In this document: positions 1 to 8,249 of the stretch, one piece after another
Position numbering within the stretch: position 1 is the stretch's first letter
How the letters are laid out: every line of letters begins with the position of its first letter
Assembly: GCA_049472355.1 (NCBI GenBank)
Contig: JBLIRP010000028.1
Coordinates: 1-38,833 of the forward strand
DNA from: a bacterium
GTDB lineage: Bacteria > SZUA-182 > DTGQ01 > JAFGSM01
Reading direction: 5' to 3'
DNA: 38,833 bases
Notes under the pieces: model-generated
Database searches by the model: none
What the model saw: only the letters and a program-made list of their open reading frames with translations
What the model was told of the DNA's origin: nothing
Position numbers and translations under genes: made by a program

Positions 1-16
1 GACCCAGCCCTAGGTA

Positions 17-262
17 ATGAAGGCGGGCGAGGAGTTCATCCTCCACAGCCCCAACTTCGCGGTGGAAGATCCTGATGGCGATGAAATCTACGCCTCCTGC
101 AACATAGGAAGCTGCGGCCGCGCTCCGGACGGCTCCTTTATCTGGAAGTTCCAGAGCAACTTCCCCGGCTCCTATATGGTAGAGATCATCTTCTACGACA
201 TCAGGGGCGGCTATGCGATCATGGAGTTCTTCCTCGACGTGAAGCCGTGGTGGAGCTACTAA
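17..262 (+). CDS. Hypothetical protein, probably the C-terminal Ig/cadherin-like part of a larger exported protein
   Basis: The motif VEDPDGDEI resembles the DxDGD cadherin-like motif. Codon usage is GC-rich and the ORF is followed by a terminator. An in-frame TAG lies at 11-13 and there is no clear RBS. Confidence 0.5.
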   Translation: MKAGEEFILHSPNFAVEDPDGDEIYASCNIGSCGRAPDGSFIWKFQSNFPGSYMVEIIFYDIRGGYAIMEFFLDVKPWWSY

Positions 263-284
263 TACCCTTAACCGGGAAACACCC

Positions 285-318
285 AGAGGGCAGCGGATAT
301 CCGCTGCCCTCTTTTTTT
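285..318 (+). terminator. Rho-independent terminator
   Basis: Perfect inverted repeat AGAGGGCAGCGG-ATAT-CCGCTGCCCTCT followed by a T tract, about 22 nt after the stop at 262. Confidence 0.9.
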
Positions 319-319
319 G

Positions 320-351
320 GTACGCCCGGCAGGGCGCAACCGCTTCTATAG
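320..351 (+). mobile_element. Probable 5' fragment of a group IIC intron
   Basis: GTACGCCCGGCAGGGCGCAACC begins right after the terminator T tract. It resembles the class C intron 5' end (GTGYGCCCGGCATGGG-like), and class C introns insert downstream of intrinsic terminators. No RT ORF or domain V follows. Confidence 0.5.
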
Positions 352-381
352 ATATTCGCGCAGTGGCAATCAACAATGCCT

Positions 382-1161
382 TTATTTGATCAAGCGGCGT
401 CGCATCCTCGAGAGGGCAAGGGGAAAGAAAAGAAAGGCAAAAAAGGTGAGGTAGGCGATATTGAAGATAAGATCGATGGTAATCCTGCCGAAACACAGGG
501 CGCGGCCGGCCTGCACAAGATGGGTAAGGGGAAGGATACGGGAGAACTGCTGCGCCCATCCCGGAAGGGTGGTGAGGGGGAAGAAGGTTTCGCTGAACAG
601 GAACATGGGCGTGATAAAAAGAAATACGGGTATATTGAAGGTCTCTATGTTGGGGATGATCCCCGTAAAAAGCATCCCGACGGATCCGAAGCCGATGCCT
701 CCCACAAAGGCAAGGGGGATGAGGAGCAATCCCCACGGATACCTGATAAGATTGAATATACTCAGAATACCCGCCATGATGATCGCGGCGATGACCGATT
801 TCGTCGCACCCCAGAAGATCTCCCCGGCGATGATCTCCTCCAGGGAGAGGGGGGTCGCCATCATGGAATCGAAGGTCTTCTGGTAGTACATTCGGACGAA
901 CGAGGCATACGTATTTTCAAAGAAGGCGTTATTCATGATGGTTATTGCGATCAGGGCCGGGGCAATGAAGGATACGTAGGAGATTTCGATGGTTTGATAG
1001 GTCACCGACCCCACCATGGCACCCAGCCCGAGGCCGAAGGCGACCACGTAGAAAAGCGGCTCCAAGAGGGGTGGAAGAAAATTGATTCGCCACGTCTTCC
1101 GGTAGACCTTCAGGTCACGCTGCCACACCCTGATAAATCTCAAGGATATCCTGCGGCTCAT
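382..1161 (-). CDS. ABC-2 type exporter permease (NodJ-like)
   Basis: Multiple TM segments and motifs LEPLFY and QKTFDSMMATPL. The ATG at 1161 overlaps the ATPase stop (ATGA). Confidence 0.9.
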   Translation of the reverse strand: MSRRISLRFIRVWQRDLKVYRKTWRINFLPPLLEPLFYVVAFGLGLGAMVGSVTYQTIEISYVSFIAPALIAITIMNNAFFENTYASFVRMYYQKTFDSMMATPLSLEEIIAGEIFWGATKSVIAAIIMAGILSIFNLIRYPWGLLLIPLAFVGGIGFGSVGMLFTGIIPNIETFNIPVFLFITPMFLFSETFFPLTTLPGWAQQFSRILPLTHLVQAGRALCFGRITIDLIFNIAYLTFFAFLFFPLALSRMRRRLIK

Positions 1162-2087
1162 TCCCTGAGGTCCCTCCCTGTCAGTTTCAGGAATACGTCC
1201 TCCAGGGTTGCCGTTCGCAGGATGCATCCCTCGGTGCAGAAGGTCTCGCTGATGGTGCGAAAGAGGCTGTCGTTTTCCTGGCCGTAGATGAGTATCCGAT
1301 GTCCCGTGTTCTCGAACTGTAGCCCGGATGTACCCACGAATTCCATCACATCACTGCCTGGCTCGGCGATCTCGATGACATTGCTGCCCACATATCTCCG
1401 AATCAGGTGCATCGGCTTGCCCTCCACAAGGATGCGGCCCTTGTCCATGATGATCAGCCGGTCGCACAACCGGGAAGCCTCATCCATGTAATGCGTGGTG
1501 AGGAGGATGGTGAGTCCCTGGGCCTTGAGTTTTTCCAGCCGCTCCCAGACCTGGTGCCTGGTTTGAGGGTCCAGACCGGTGGTAGGCTCATCGAGGATCA
1601 ACAGATCGGGTTCGTTGATCAGTGCCCGGGCAAGGACGAGGCGTCGCATCAACCCGCCGGAGAGCTCGGAGACCTTGGCATGGGAACGGTGCTCAAGGGC
1701 ATTGAACGACAAAAGGTGTTCCGCCCGCTTTCGGGCCGCCTTGCGGGGCATGTTGAAAAAGCCGGCAAAGATTACCAGGTTCTCCTTGACCGTGAGGTCC
1801 GGATCGAGGCTGTTTTCCTGCTGGCACACACCGATGCGGGATTTGACGGCGCGGGCATCCGTGGTGATGTCACGGCCGAACACCCGTAGTTCCCCGTTGG
1901 TCAACGGTGAAAAACCATATATCATGCGAATGGTGGATGTCTTTCCCGCACCGTTCGGCCCGAGTATTCCGAAGCATTCGCCCTGTCTTACCTGGAATGA
2001 TATGCCATCGACCGCTGCAAGCCGGCCGAATCGCTTCAGTATATTGTTTGCCTCAATAACAAGTCCCATCCGGGAGCCCCTTGTCAT
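1158..2087 (-). CDS. ABC exporter ATP-binding protein (NodI/DrrA-like)
   Basis: Walker A GPNGAGKTS, signature LSGG, Walker B LLILDEPT, TTHYMDEA and C-terminal TLEDVFL. Alternative start at 2069. Confidence 0.93.
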   Translation of the reverse strand: MTRGSRMGLVIEANNILKRFGRLAAVDGISFQVRQGECFGILGPNGAGKTSTIRMIYGFSPLTNGELRVFGRDITTDARAVKSRIGVCQQENSLDPDLTVKENLVIFAGFFNMPRKAARKRAEHLLSFNALEHRSHAKVSELSGGLMRRLVLARALINEPDLLILDEPTTGLDPQTRHQVWERLEKLKAQGLTILLTTHYMDEASRLCDRLIIMDKGRILVEGKPMHLIRRYVGSNVIEIAEPGSDVMEFVGTSGLQFENTGHRILIYGQENDSLFRTISETFCTEGCILRTATLEDVFLKLTGRDLRE

Positions 2088-2184
2088 GAAGGGAATATCA
2101 CCTGGAACAGCGTGTCGATCTCCCTCAATGCCCGTATGATGCCTGTGGCCTTTCTTTTCCCAGGGAGTTGAACAGCATCAGCAT
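2084..2184 (-). pseudogene. Possible internally deleted cysteinyl-tRNA synthetase-like gene remnant
   Basis: A strong SD (CAGGAG) precedes ATG 2184, which reads MLMLFNSLGK (CysRS-like N-terminus). A second frame then reads KATGIIRALREIDTLFQVIFPS* (CysRS-like C-terminus), and its stop overlaps the ATG at 2087. Confidence 0.35.
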
Positions 2185-2326
2185 GGATGATCTCCTGTAT
2201 TGTATAAGCGGATTTCGCCAAGGAATTGTAAGACGAGTGCACACACAACTACGTATGCCGGCAAGGTGAATGTGATTCGGTATATGCCCTTCCCATTGAA
2301 ACTATACCGTATCGAAGAGTGGTCCG

Positions 2327-4141
2327 TCAATGTGGATATTGATGCGAGGCGGAGAAATCCGGGAGTCCGTGACCCCGGGGATAGAGCCCGGGGAGATCTA
2401 CGGGGAGCTTACCCCGGGGCCTCTCCTCACCGAAGATGACCCTGGCCAATGCCCCCAATGACACCTGCTGCGCCCCGTAGATTGCCATGTAACAGGGTAC
2501 GTCCGGGCAACATACAAGATCATAGGGACCCTGGATGCCTACCAGGATCAGATCCGTACCTGCTGCTGAAAGGGCACTGACCAGGTCCTGCTGTTTCGGG
2601 TGATAACGGGCGTCATAGGTCCCCACCACCACGCACGGATAGGAATCGGCGGCGCGAACCATCGCGTCGATCTCCTCGTCAGAGGGATCGAGGGGCATGG
2701 GGTGCGTGACAGGCAACGAGGCATGGCAGCAAGCGGGAGTGCCCTGGTCTTCAGTGGGGTATGTCCAGACGATCATCACCGGGTGTCTTCTATTGAGGGG
2801 AAGGAAGCCCCTTTCATCCCTGACCAGGGTGATGCTGTCACGCGCGATCATTTCGGCAAACATCCGGTGTTTTTCCGTACCCACCTTGGTGGGGATATCT
2901 CTGGTGTTCACCGGCAGGGCCCGAAAGAGCCCATATTCCATCTTGACCCTGAGTATACGGCGCACCGAATCATCAAGACGCTCCATGGGGATGCTCCCCG
3001 TATTTACGCAGAAACATAAATGTTTGAATGACGCGATCTGATCCTGGGGCTCGCAATGGCCATCCGCCCCGAAGAGCAGGATATCGGCGCCTGCCTGGAA
3101 GGCCATCCGTGCCGCCTCGCACATACCGTATCCGGTGCGGATCGCGCCCATACCGAGGGAATCGGTAATAATGAGGCCATCAAAGCCCATACGCTCGCGC
3201 AAGAGATCGGTAAGAATTGTTTTGGAAAGGGTGGCGGGCAGATTCCCTTCCTGTTCAAGTGAGGGCACAACGACATGGGCGCTCATTATGGCAGGAACAC
3301 CGGCCTTGATGGCCCTCCTGAAGGGGAGGAGCTCAACGGATTCCAGATGATCCTTTCCGTGGGATACCACGGGAAGTCCGACATGGGAATCCACTGCGGT
3401 GTCGCCATGCCCGGGAAAATGCTTTGCAGTGGCTATGATCCCGTAAATCCTGTAGGCATCGATCATTGCGGCGCCGAAATCCGCCACCTGCAATGGCGAA
3501 GAACCGAAGGAACGGATGCCAATGACGGGATTATCCGGATTGCTGTTCACGTCAAGGACCGGGGCAAGATTCATGTTGATGCCGATTGCCTTGAGTTCCT
3601 TGGCAATGGTCGCTGCCATGAGGCGCGCATGGTTAAGGGAGCCGGATGCCCCGATTGCCATGTTGCCTGGGAAGACCGTTACTCCCTTGGTCAATCGTAC
3701 GACACGGCCCCCTTCCTGGTCGACGGCGACCAGGAGCGGGAGCCTCGCCCCATGGGTCAATGCCTCACGTTGAGCGGCATTGATGAGGTCCGCCACCTGA
3801 GCGGGGTCCTCGATATTGCCGGCGCTGTTGAAGAGGATTATTCCGCCCACATGGTAGGTATCGATCATCTCAAAGAGGTCCGCGGAGAGGGAGGGGCCCT
3901 TGAAGTACACCATGAAGAGTTGCCCGATCTTTTCCTCTACGCTCATCCCGGCGACGACATCTTCAACGCGCCGTTCAAGGGGATCCTTATGTGTGGACAG
4001 AAGAACGGAGGTTGGGGGCTGCCTTGACTGGGAGCACGAGCAGAGACATAGAATAAGGAGCGCAATGATCGCGGACAATGGTCCCTGCCCCAAGAGGGTT
4101 ATTTCGGGACCCTGGTGAGTTATGGAAAAGGATTCCGTCAT
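2327..4141 (-). CDS. nagZ: GH3 beta-N-acetylhexosaminidase, two-domain type, probable lipoprotein
   Basis: Motifs AVDQEGGRV, APVLDVNSNPDNPVIGIRSF, KHFPGHGDTAVDSH and ITDSLGMGAI; lipobox-like LCLCSC; C-terminal GKLPV. Confidence 0.9.
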   Translation of the reverse strand: MTESFSITHQGPEITLLGQGPLSAIIALLILCLCSCSQSRQPPTSVLLSTHKDPLERRVEDVVAGMSVEEKIGQLFMVYFKGPSLSADLFEMIDTYHVGGIILFNSAGNIEDPAQVADLINAAQREALTHGARLPLLVAVDQEGGRVVRLTKGVTVFPGNMAIGASGSLNHARLMAATIAKELKAIGINMNLAPVLDVNSNPDNPVIGIRSFGSSPLQVADFGAAMIDAYRIYGIIATAKHFPGHGDTAVDSHVGLPVVSHGKDHLESVELLPFRRAIKAGVPAIMSAHVVVPSLEQEGNLPATLSKTILTDLLRERMGFDGLIITDSLGMGAIRTGYGMCEAARMAFQAGADILLFGADGHCEPQDQIASFKHLCFCVNTGSIPMERLDDSVRRILRVKMEYGLFRALPVNTRDIPTKVGTEKHRMFAEMIARDSITLVRDERGFLPLNRRHPVMIVWTYPTEDQGTPACCHASLPVTHPMPLDPSDEEIDAMVRAADSYPCVVVGTYDARYHPKQQDLVSALSAAGTDLILVGIQGPYDLVCCPDVPCYMAIYGAQQVSLGALARVIFGEERPRGKLPVDLPGLYPRGHGLPDFSASHQYPH

Positions 4142-4144
4142 CGG

Positions 4145-4951
4145 CTACAGGATAATCATCCCTGCATATCCCACCACATGGCTCAGGTCGCCAGAGACAT
4201 CCCCTGAGGTCATATACTTTATAAGGTTCGCGTGTGTCGCACCCATCTCCTTGACCGCAAGAATCATTGTGGTTACCGGTATGACCCCGCACATGCTGAT
4301 TCCTTCCTGGATAACCATCTCGAGGAGTCCCTTGGCATCGAGTTGGAGCACCCGGTCGATGACCTTCTGATCGCTATGGTACGCCTCGTCTTGCGGCCGG
4401 TAATGGGTGAGATCCGTGCTTGCCACAATCAGCGTATCCTTGCGGCCGCCTTGTATTGCTTGGACAAGGGCATCGGCAACCTCATTGCATAGAGAGAAGT
4501 TGTACCCTGCAAGCACAATGGGCACGATTTTTACCTGGGGACGAAAATGCTGAAGAAAGGGAATTTGCACCTCAATCGAGTGTTCGAGCATTTGTGCCGA
4601 CATATCGGCCTGAATACTATCCGAATGCCCGAGTATTGCATTTGCCAAATCCTGGTCGATTTCTACGTCACCCATAGGCATCTGCCACGTGCCCTCGTTC
4701 ATGATGGAGGCCTGGGGACCACATCCGGTATGATTCGGCCCGAGAATAACAACCGTTTCGGGGACCTCCACGGATGAGAAAACCGTCCCGGCAACATGGC
4801 CGGAATACATATATCCGGCATGGGGTGAGATGACACCCAAGGCCTTCTGTTTCGGGGCATTACTCTCAGTCAGTCGGTCGATTTCCTCTGAAAGCCTGTT
4901 CGGGTTACCAGGGTAGAATTGGCCGGATACAGCCGGCTTTCTCACATTCAT
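4145..4951 (-). CDS. amrB: MEMO1 family protein (AmmeMemoRadiSam system protein B)
   Basis: Motifs RKPAVSGQFYP, PHAGYMYSG, GPNH, EHSIEVQIPFLQ, STDLTHY, SMCG and VVGYAG. A GGAGG SD precedes ATG 4951. Confidence 0.92.
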   Translation of the reverse strand: MNVRKPAVSGQFYPGNPNRLSEEIDRLTESNAPKQKALGVISPHAGYMYSGHVAGTVFSSVEVPETVVILGPNHTGCGPQASIMNEGTWQMPMGDVEIDQDLANAILGHSDSIQADMSAQMLEHSIEVQIPFLQHFRPQVKIVPIVLAGYNFSLCNEVADALVQAIQGGRKDTLIVASTDLTHYRPQDEAYHSDQKVIDRVLQLDAKGLLEMVIQEGISMCGVIPVTTMILAVKEMGATHANLIKYMTSGDVSGDLSHVVGYAGMIIL

Positions 4952-5230
4952 GGTGAGTTCCTCCAATTAAGGTAAATGCCTCAGGAAACGGGCATGTAAT
5001 GGCCGAGTGCTTGTGGGGCACACATTTCAACGCCACAAGGTATGAACAAAGGCATTGTATCACAGAGGAATGTGACAGATCAATTGCCCTCACCCTCACA
5101 CAATGCTACAATAAATAGGGTAGTCACTTTTCCGTACAGTGGTTGTATGCCTCCACTCAACGGGTTATGGAGAGGGGTTTTTCCCTTCCCCATGATGTTA
5201 TGCAATTACGATTCTGCAAAGGTTCTGCTC

Positions 5231-6049
5231 ATGAATACCGTTCATTACGATGCTGCGGAGACCTATTACGATATCCTCGGTATAGAGAGGAAAGCGGACA
5301 TCCGGCAGATCAAATCCGCCTACCGTAAATTGGCCCTCCGGTATCACCCTGACAGAAATCCTGGGGACAGGAATGCCCTCGAACGGTTCAAAGGGATCAC
5401 CGAGGCGTATGGTGTTCTTATCGACGCGGCAAGAAGGGTGGAGTACGATCAGTTTCTCGCTCGATCAGATGAGGTAAAAAGGGCAGGGACGGGTTTTTCA
5501 GGCTACCGGTACGAGGACCTCCTGAGGGACATGTTCAGAAATCAGGAGGCCAGGGAGGTATTTGAGCAGATGGCCAAGGGTGGGAGCATACGCATGAACG
5601 AACGTTTCATGAAGCAGATATTTTCGGGAGGCTTCCTGTTTGGCGGTATATTCATCGGGTTTTGGGGTATCTCATCCTGTACCCCTCAGACACCGGACGG
5701 AATGATTCACATGGGGAATGCACCCATGGCCCTCTCCCACATGTTTGCCCTGATCATGGAACGGTTGAAGGCCGGTGTGTCAAAGACGGTGCGCTATGTA
5801 AAGGGATGCTGGGATTCGATAGGAGGGGGCCCGGCCATTGAGGACAAGCGATTTCAGACGGTATATGTAGAGATAACGCCCCTGGAGGCAAGGCAGGGCA
5901 CGACGAAGTCAGTGAGTCTGAAAACCCCCGAAGGAACACGTCGATACAGGATTAAGGTGCCCGGAGGGATCAAGGACGGGGTACGGCTCAGGATCAGGGA
6001 TGAAGGGCTTCCACCGTGCTATCTCGTCATCAAGGTGCTCACACGGTGA
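5231..6049 (+). CDS. J-domain protein (DnaJ/CbpA-like, no zinc finger)
   Basis: YYDILG...AYRKLALRYHPDRNPGD (HPD motif) and a C-terminal DnaJ_C-like segment IKVPGGIKDGVRLRI. Start uncertain. Confidence 0.85.
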   Translation: MNTVHYDAAETYYDILGIERKADIRQIKSAYRKLALRYHPDRNPGDRNALERFKGITEAYGVLIDAARRVEYDQFLARSDEVKRAGTGFSGYRYEDLLRDMFRNQEAREVFEQMAKGGSIRMNERFMKQIFSGGFLFGGIFIGFWGISSCTPQTPDGMIHMGNAPMALSHMFALIMERLKAGVSKTVRYVKGCWDSIGGGPAIEDKRFQTVYVEITPLEARQGTTKSVSLKTPEGTRRYRIKVPGGIKDGVRLRIRDEGLPPCYLVIKVLTR

Positions 6050-6078
6050 TTTCGCACTGGTCTTCAATTGCCCCAGGA

Positions 6079-6840
6079 TCAGTTGTCCGCCGGTGTGAGC
6101 GTTTTTTCTTCCGGCTTCCTCTCTTGTACGACCTTCTGGGCAGGGGCGTCCTCCGGGGTTTTTTCCGCCTCATCGATCTCGCTAATGATCTTATCGTGTT
6201 CATTTGTGATCGCATCGAAGCGGTCTTTCAGTTCGCAGACCTTCGGATCAACCCGCTTCATCACCGAGTTTTTGACCAACTCGAGCAATGTCATTCTTGA
6301 TGAATTGTCCTTGCTGTTCTTGCCGTCCTTCCGGGTCAATTTTTCAATCCTGCTCTCGATATAGGCGAGATCCGTCCTGTTATTGGTCCTTAACGCAATT
6401 CTGTAGAGATTGAGGAGATCCGTATAGTCGCCTTCCGCGATCTCCTTGGCCAGATTGTTTTTGCGAATCTCCCTGGAAAGCCCGAGAATGGCCGCAGTCT
6501 GATCGTGGATGGTATAGGGTGAATTCTTTGATTCAAGGGCGATAATCCTCTCATCGATGTCAACCTCATTGAAGTATGCCGAGTTGAATTGAGCGGCGAT
6601 TTTGTCCTCGATGGCAGCGGATTTTTTCGGGAATTCTTCTATGACGGTGCGAACAGCTTGATCGTATAGTGAATTGAATTCGTGTAGCTTTCTCTGCCGC
6701 TCCGTCTCATTCAAGCTCTCGTCGGCATTGGCCTGCTGTATCTTTTCCGTCCTTTGGCGATGCAGGACATTGAGTTGTTCCTGCATCTTCTTTAGATTGG
6801 TTAGGGCGCTATCCAGTTCATAGTAAATCTTATCATCCAT
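6079..6840 (-). CDS. Hypothetical coiled-coil protein
   Basis: Long open frame rich in E/K/Q with helical character. An AAGGAG SD precedes ATG 6840. Confidence 0.75.
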   Translation of the reverse strand: MDDKIYYELDSALTNLKKMQEQLNVLHRQRTEKIQQANADESLNETERQRKLHEFNSLYDQAVRTVIEEFPKKSAAIEDKIAAQFNSAYFNEVDIDERIIALESKNSPYTIHDQTAAILGLSREIRKNNLAKEIAEGDYTDLLNLYRIALRTNNRTDLAYIESRIEKLTRKDGKNSKDNSSRMTLLELVKNSVMKRVDPKVCELKDRFDAITNEHDKIISEIDEAEKTPEDAPAQKVVQERKPEEKTLTPADN

Positions 6841-7077
6841 GGACGACTCCTTTCCCATAGTATATAAGCGAAATGAGGGCCTCTCAATGATCAGGCAAAG
6901 ACTGAGTCATTCAAGACATAAATTGCCGCTACTTTTTTTTCGGCAATTATCGTGTTTTTAACCTGATAGGGAGAGGGCAGGGGGAGTGCGACGGCAGGGG
7001 CCACATGCATGGAACCACGGTCTGATTCCGTGTATGAAGGAGAGAAAACAAACCGGAGGGGATTTTATCGCGATCCT

Positions 7078-7557
7078 CTATGAATCCTTATTTTCGGTGA
7101 TCAGCCCCTGGACACTGGGACGAACCACCAGCACCGGACATGGCGCGGTTCGAATGATCTTTTCGGTAACGCTTCCTATGAGAAAATGGGATATGCCGGA
7201 GCGGCCGTGCGTTGCAATGACGATCAGATCAATTCCGGTCTCCTCGGCAAATTTAACGATCTCCTGATAGGGACTGCCGAACCGTGTGATCTTTTCAATG
7301 TTTTTAATACCCATCTCCCGGGCCTTCTTTTCCGTTTCATCCAGCCGTTGATTGACCAATGCCGCAATGCGGGATTCCTGCATATCTATGGTGATTTCAT
7401 CCGCATACACGTCGTAGATGCTGTGGTGGATCTCGATGACCGTTAACAGGTATACGGTGATATTGAATTCCCTGGCAAAGGAACTCGCATACCGGAGCGC
7501 TTCGTATGAGTGGCTCGACCCGTCGGTTGGCAGGAGTATCTTTTTTATGGATAGCAT
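7078..7557 (-). CDS. Universal stress protein (UspA family)
   Basis: Motifs KKILLPTDGS, GSPYQEI and DLIVIATHGRSG...GSVTEKIIRTAPCPVLVV. A GGGAGG SD precedes ATG 7557. Confidence 0.93.
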   Translation of the reverse strand: MLSIKKILLPTDGSSHSYEALRYASSFAREFNITVYLLTVIEIHHSIYDVYADEITIDMQESRIAALVNQRLDETEKKAREMGIKNIEKITRFGSPYQEIVKFAEETGIDLIVIATHGRSGISHFLIGSVTEKIIRTAPCPVLVVRPSVQGLITENKDS

Positions 7558-7725
7558 TGATTCCTCCCTTAGCTTTGAATGTCGTTGGCATTGCATCTCT
7601 CAGCCGCTGAACTGCTTTTGCCCTGTCATGCAAAACAAAAACTATCATAGAAGCAAACCATTTGTCAATTGCGTGGCTGACGCTACGGGACGTTCATGCA
7701 TCCCGCAGGATTCAGCACCCCTGAA

Positions 7726-7800
7726 GCAGTGATCCTTGCAGTAATGAACGTTACAGCAATGACCCCCGCAGCAATGACCCCCGCAGCAACGATCCTTGAA
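7726..7800. repeat. Five degenerate 15-bp tandem units
   Basis: gcagtgatccttgca / gtaatgaacgttaca / gcaatgacccccgca / gcaatgacccccgca / gcaacgatccttgaa. Confidence 0.8.
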
Positions 7801-7930
7801 TCCATTTGCCATCTAAGGTACACTCTTTTATGCGTTATGCGATAATCTTCACTATGTTTACGATTCAAATACTTTTTTATCATGACCTTGATGGCTGCGT
7901 TGCGCTCCGCATGATGGAGGTTTTACCTGT

Positions 7931-8240
7931 GAAGTCGGGGGGCCTTTTTGGTGGGCGGATGGGGAGCAAGGTGGCTTCGCTTCGCTGACTTGCGGAAAAG
8001 TGTTGAGGCGAAATCGGGGCCTTTTTGGTTGACTGGGGGGCAACATAGTGGCTTCGCTTCGCTCCGCCCTAACAAGTTTTAAATGGCGAAATTGGGGCCT
8101 TTTTGGTTGACTGGGGGGCAACATAGTGGCTTCGCTTCGCTCCGCCCTAACAAGTTTTAAATGGCGAAATTGGGGCCTTTTTGGTTGACTGGGGGGCAAC
8201 ATAGTGGCTTCGCTTCGCTCCGCCCTAACAAGTTTGGTTG
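7931..8240. repeat. 78-bp tandem array: three near-identical copies plus one degenerate copy
   Basis: Units start at 8007, 8085 and 8163 (ggcgaaattggggcctttttggttgactggggggcaacatagtggcttcgcttcgctccgccctaacaagttt). A degenerate unit lies at about 7931-7989. Confidence 0.95.
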
Positions 8241-8249
8241 GAGGGTTTC

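Noticed and set aside
318..342. Intact tRNA gene on the minus strand
   Set aside because: Only a 16-nt CCA-ending acceptor-like match. There is no TTCGA T-loop, anticodon arm or D arm.
7858..8202. 114-aa repeat protein on the minus strand
   Set aside because: It arises because the 78-bp unit is a multiple of three. There is no SD and no synonymous divergence between units.
8007..8235. CRISPR array
   Set aside because: The 78-bp units are contiguous and nearly identical with no unique spacers, and there are no cas genes.
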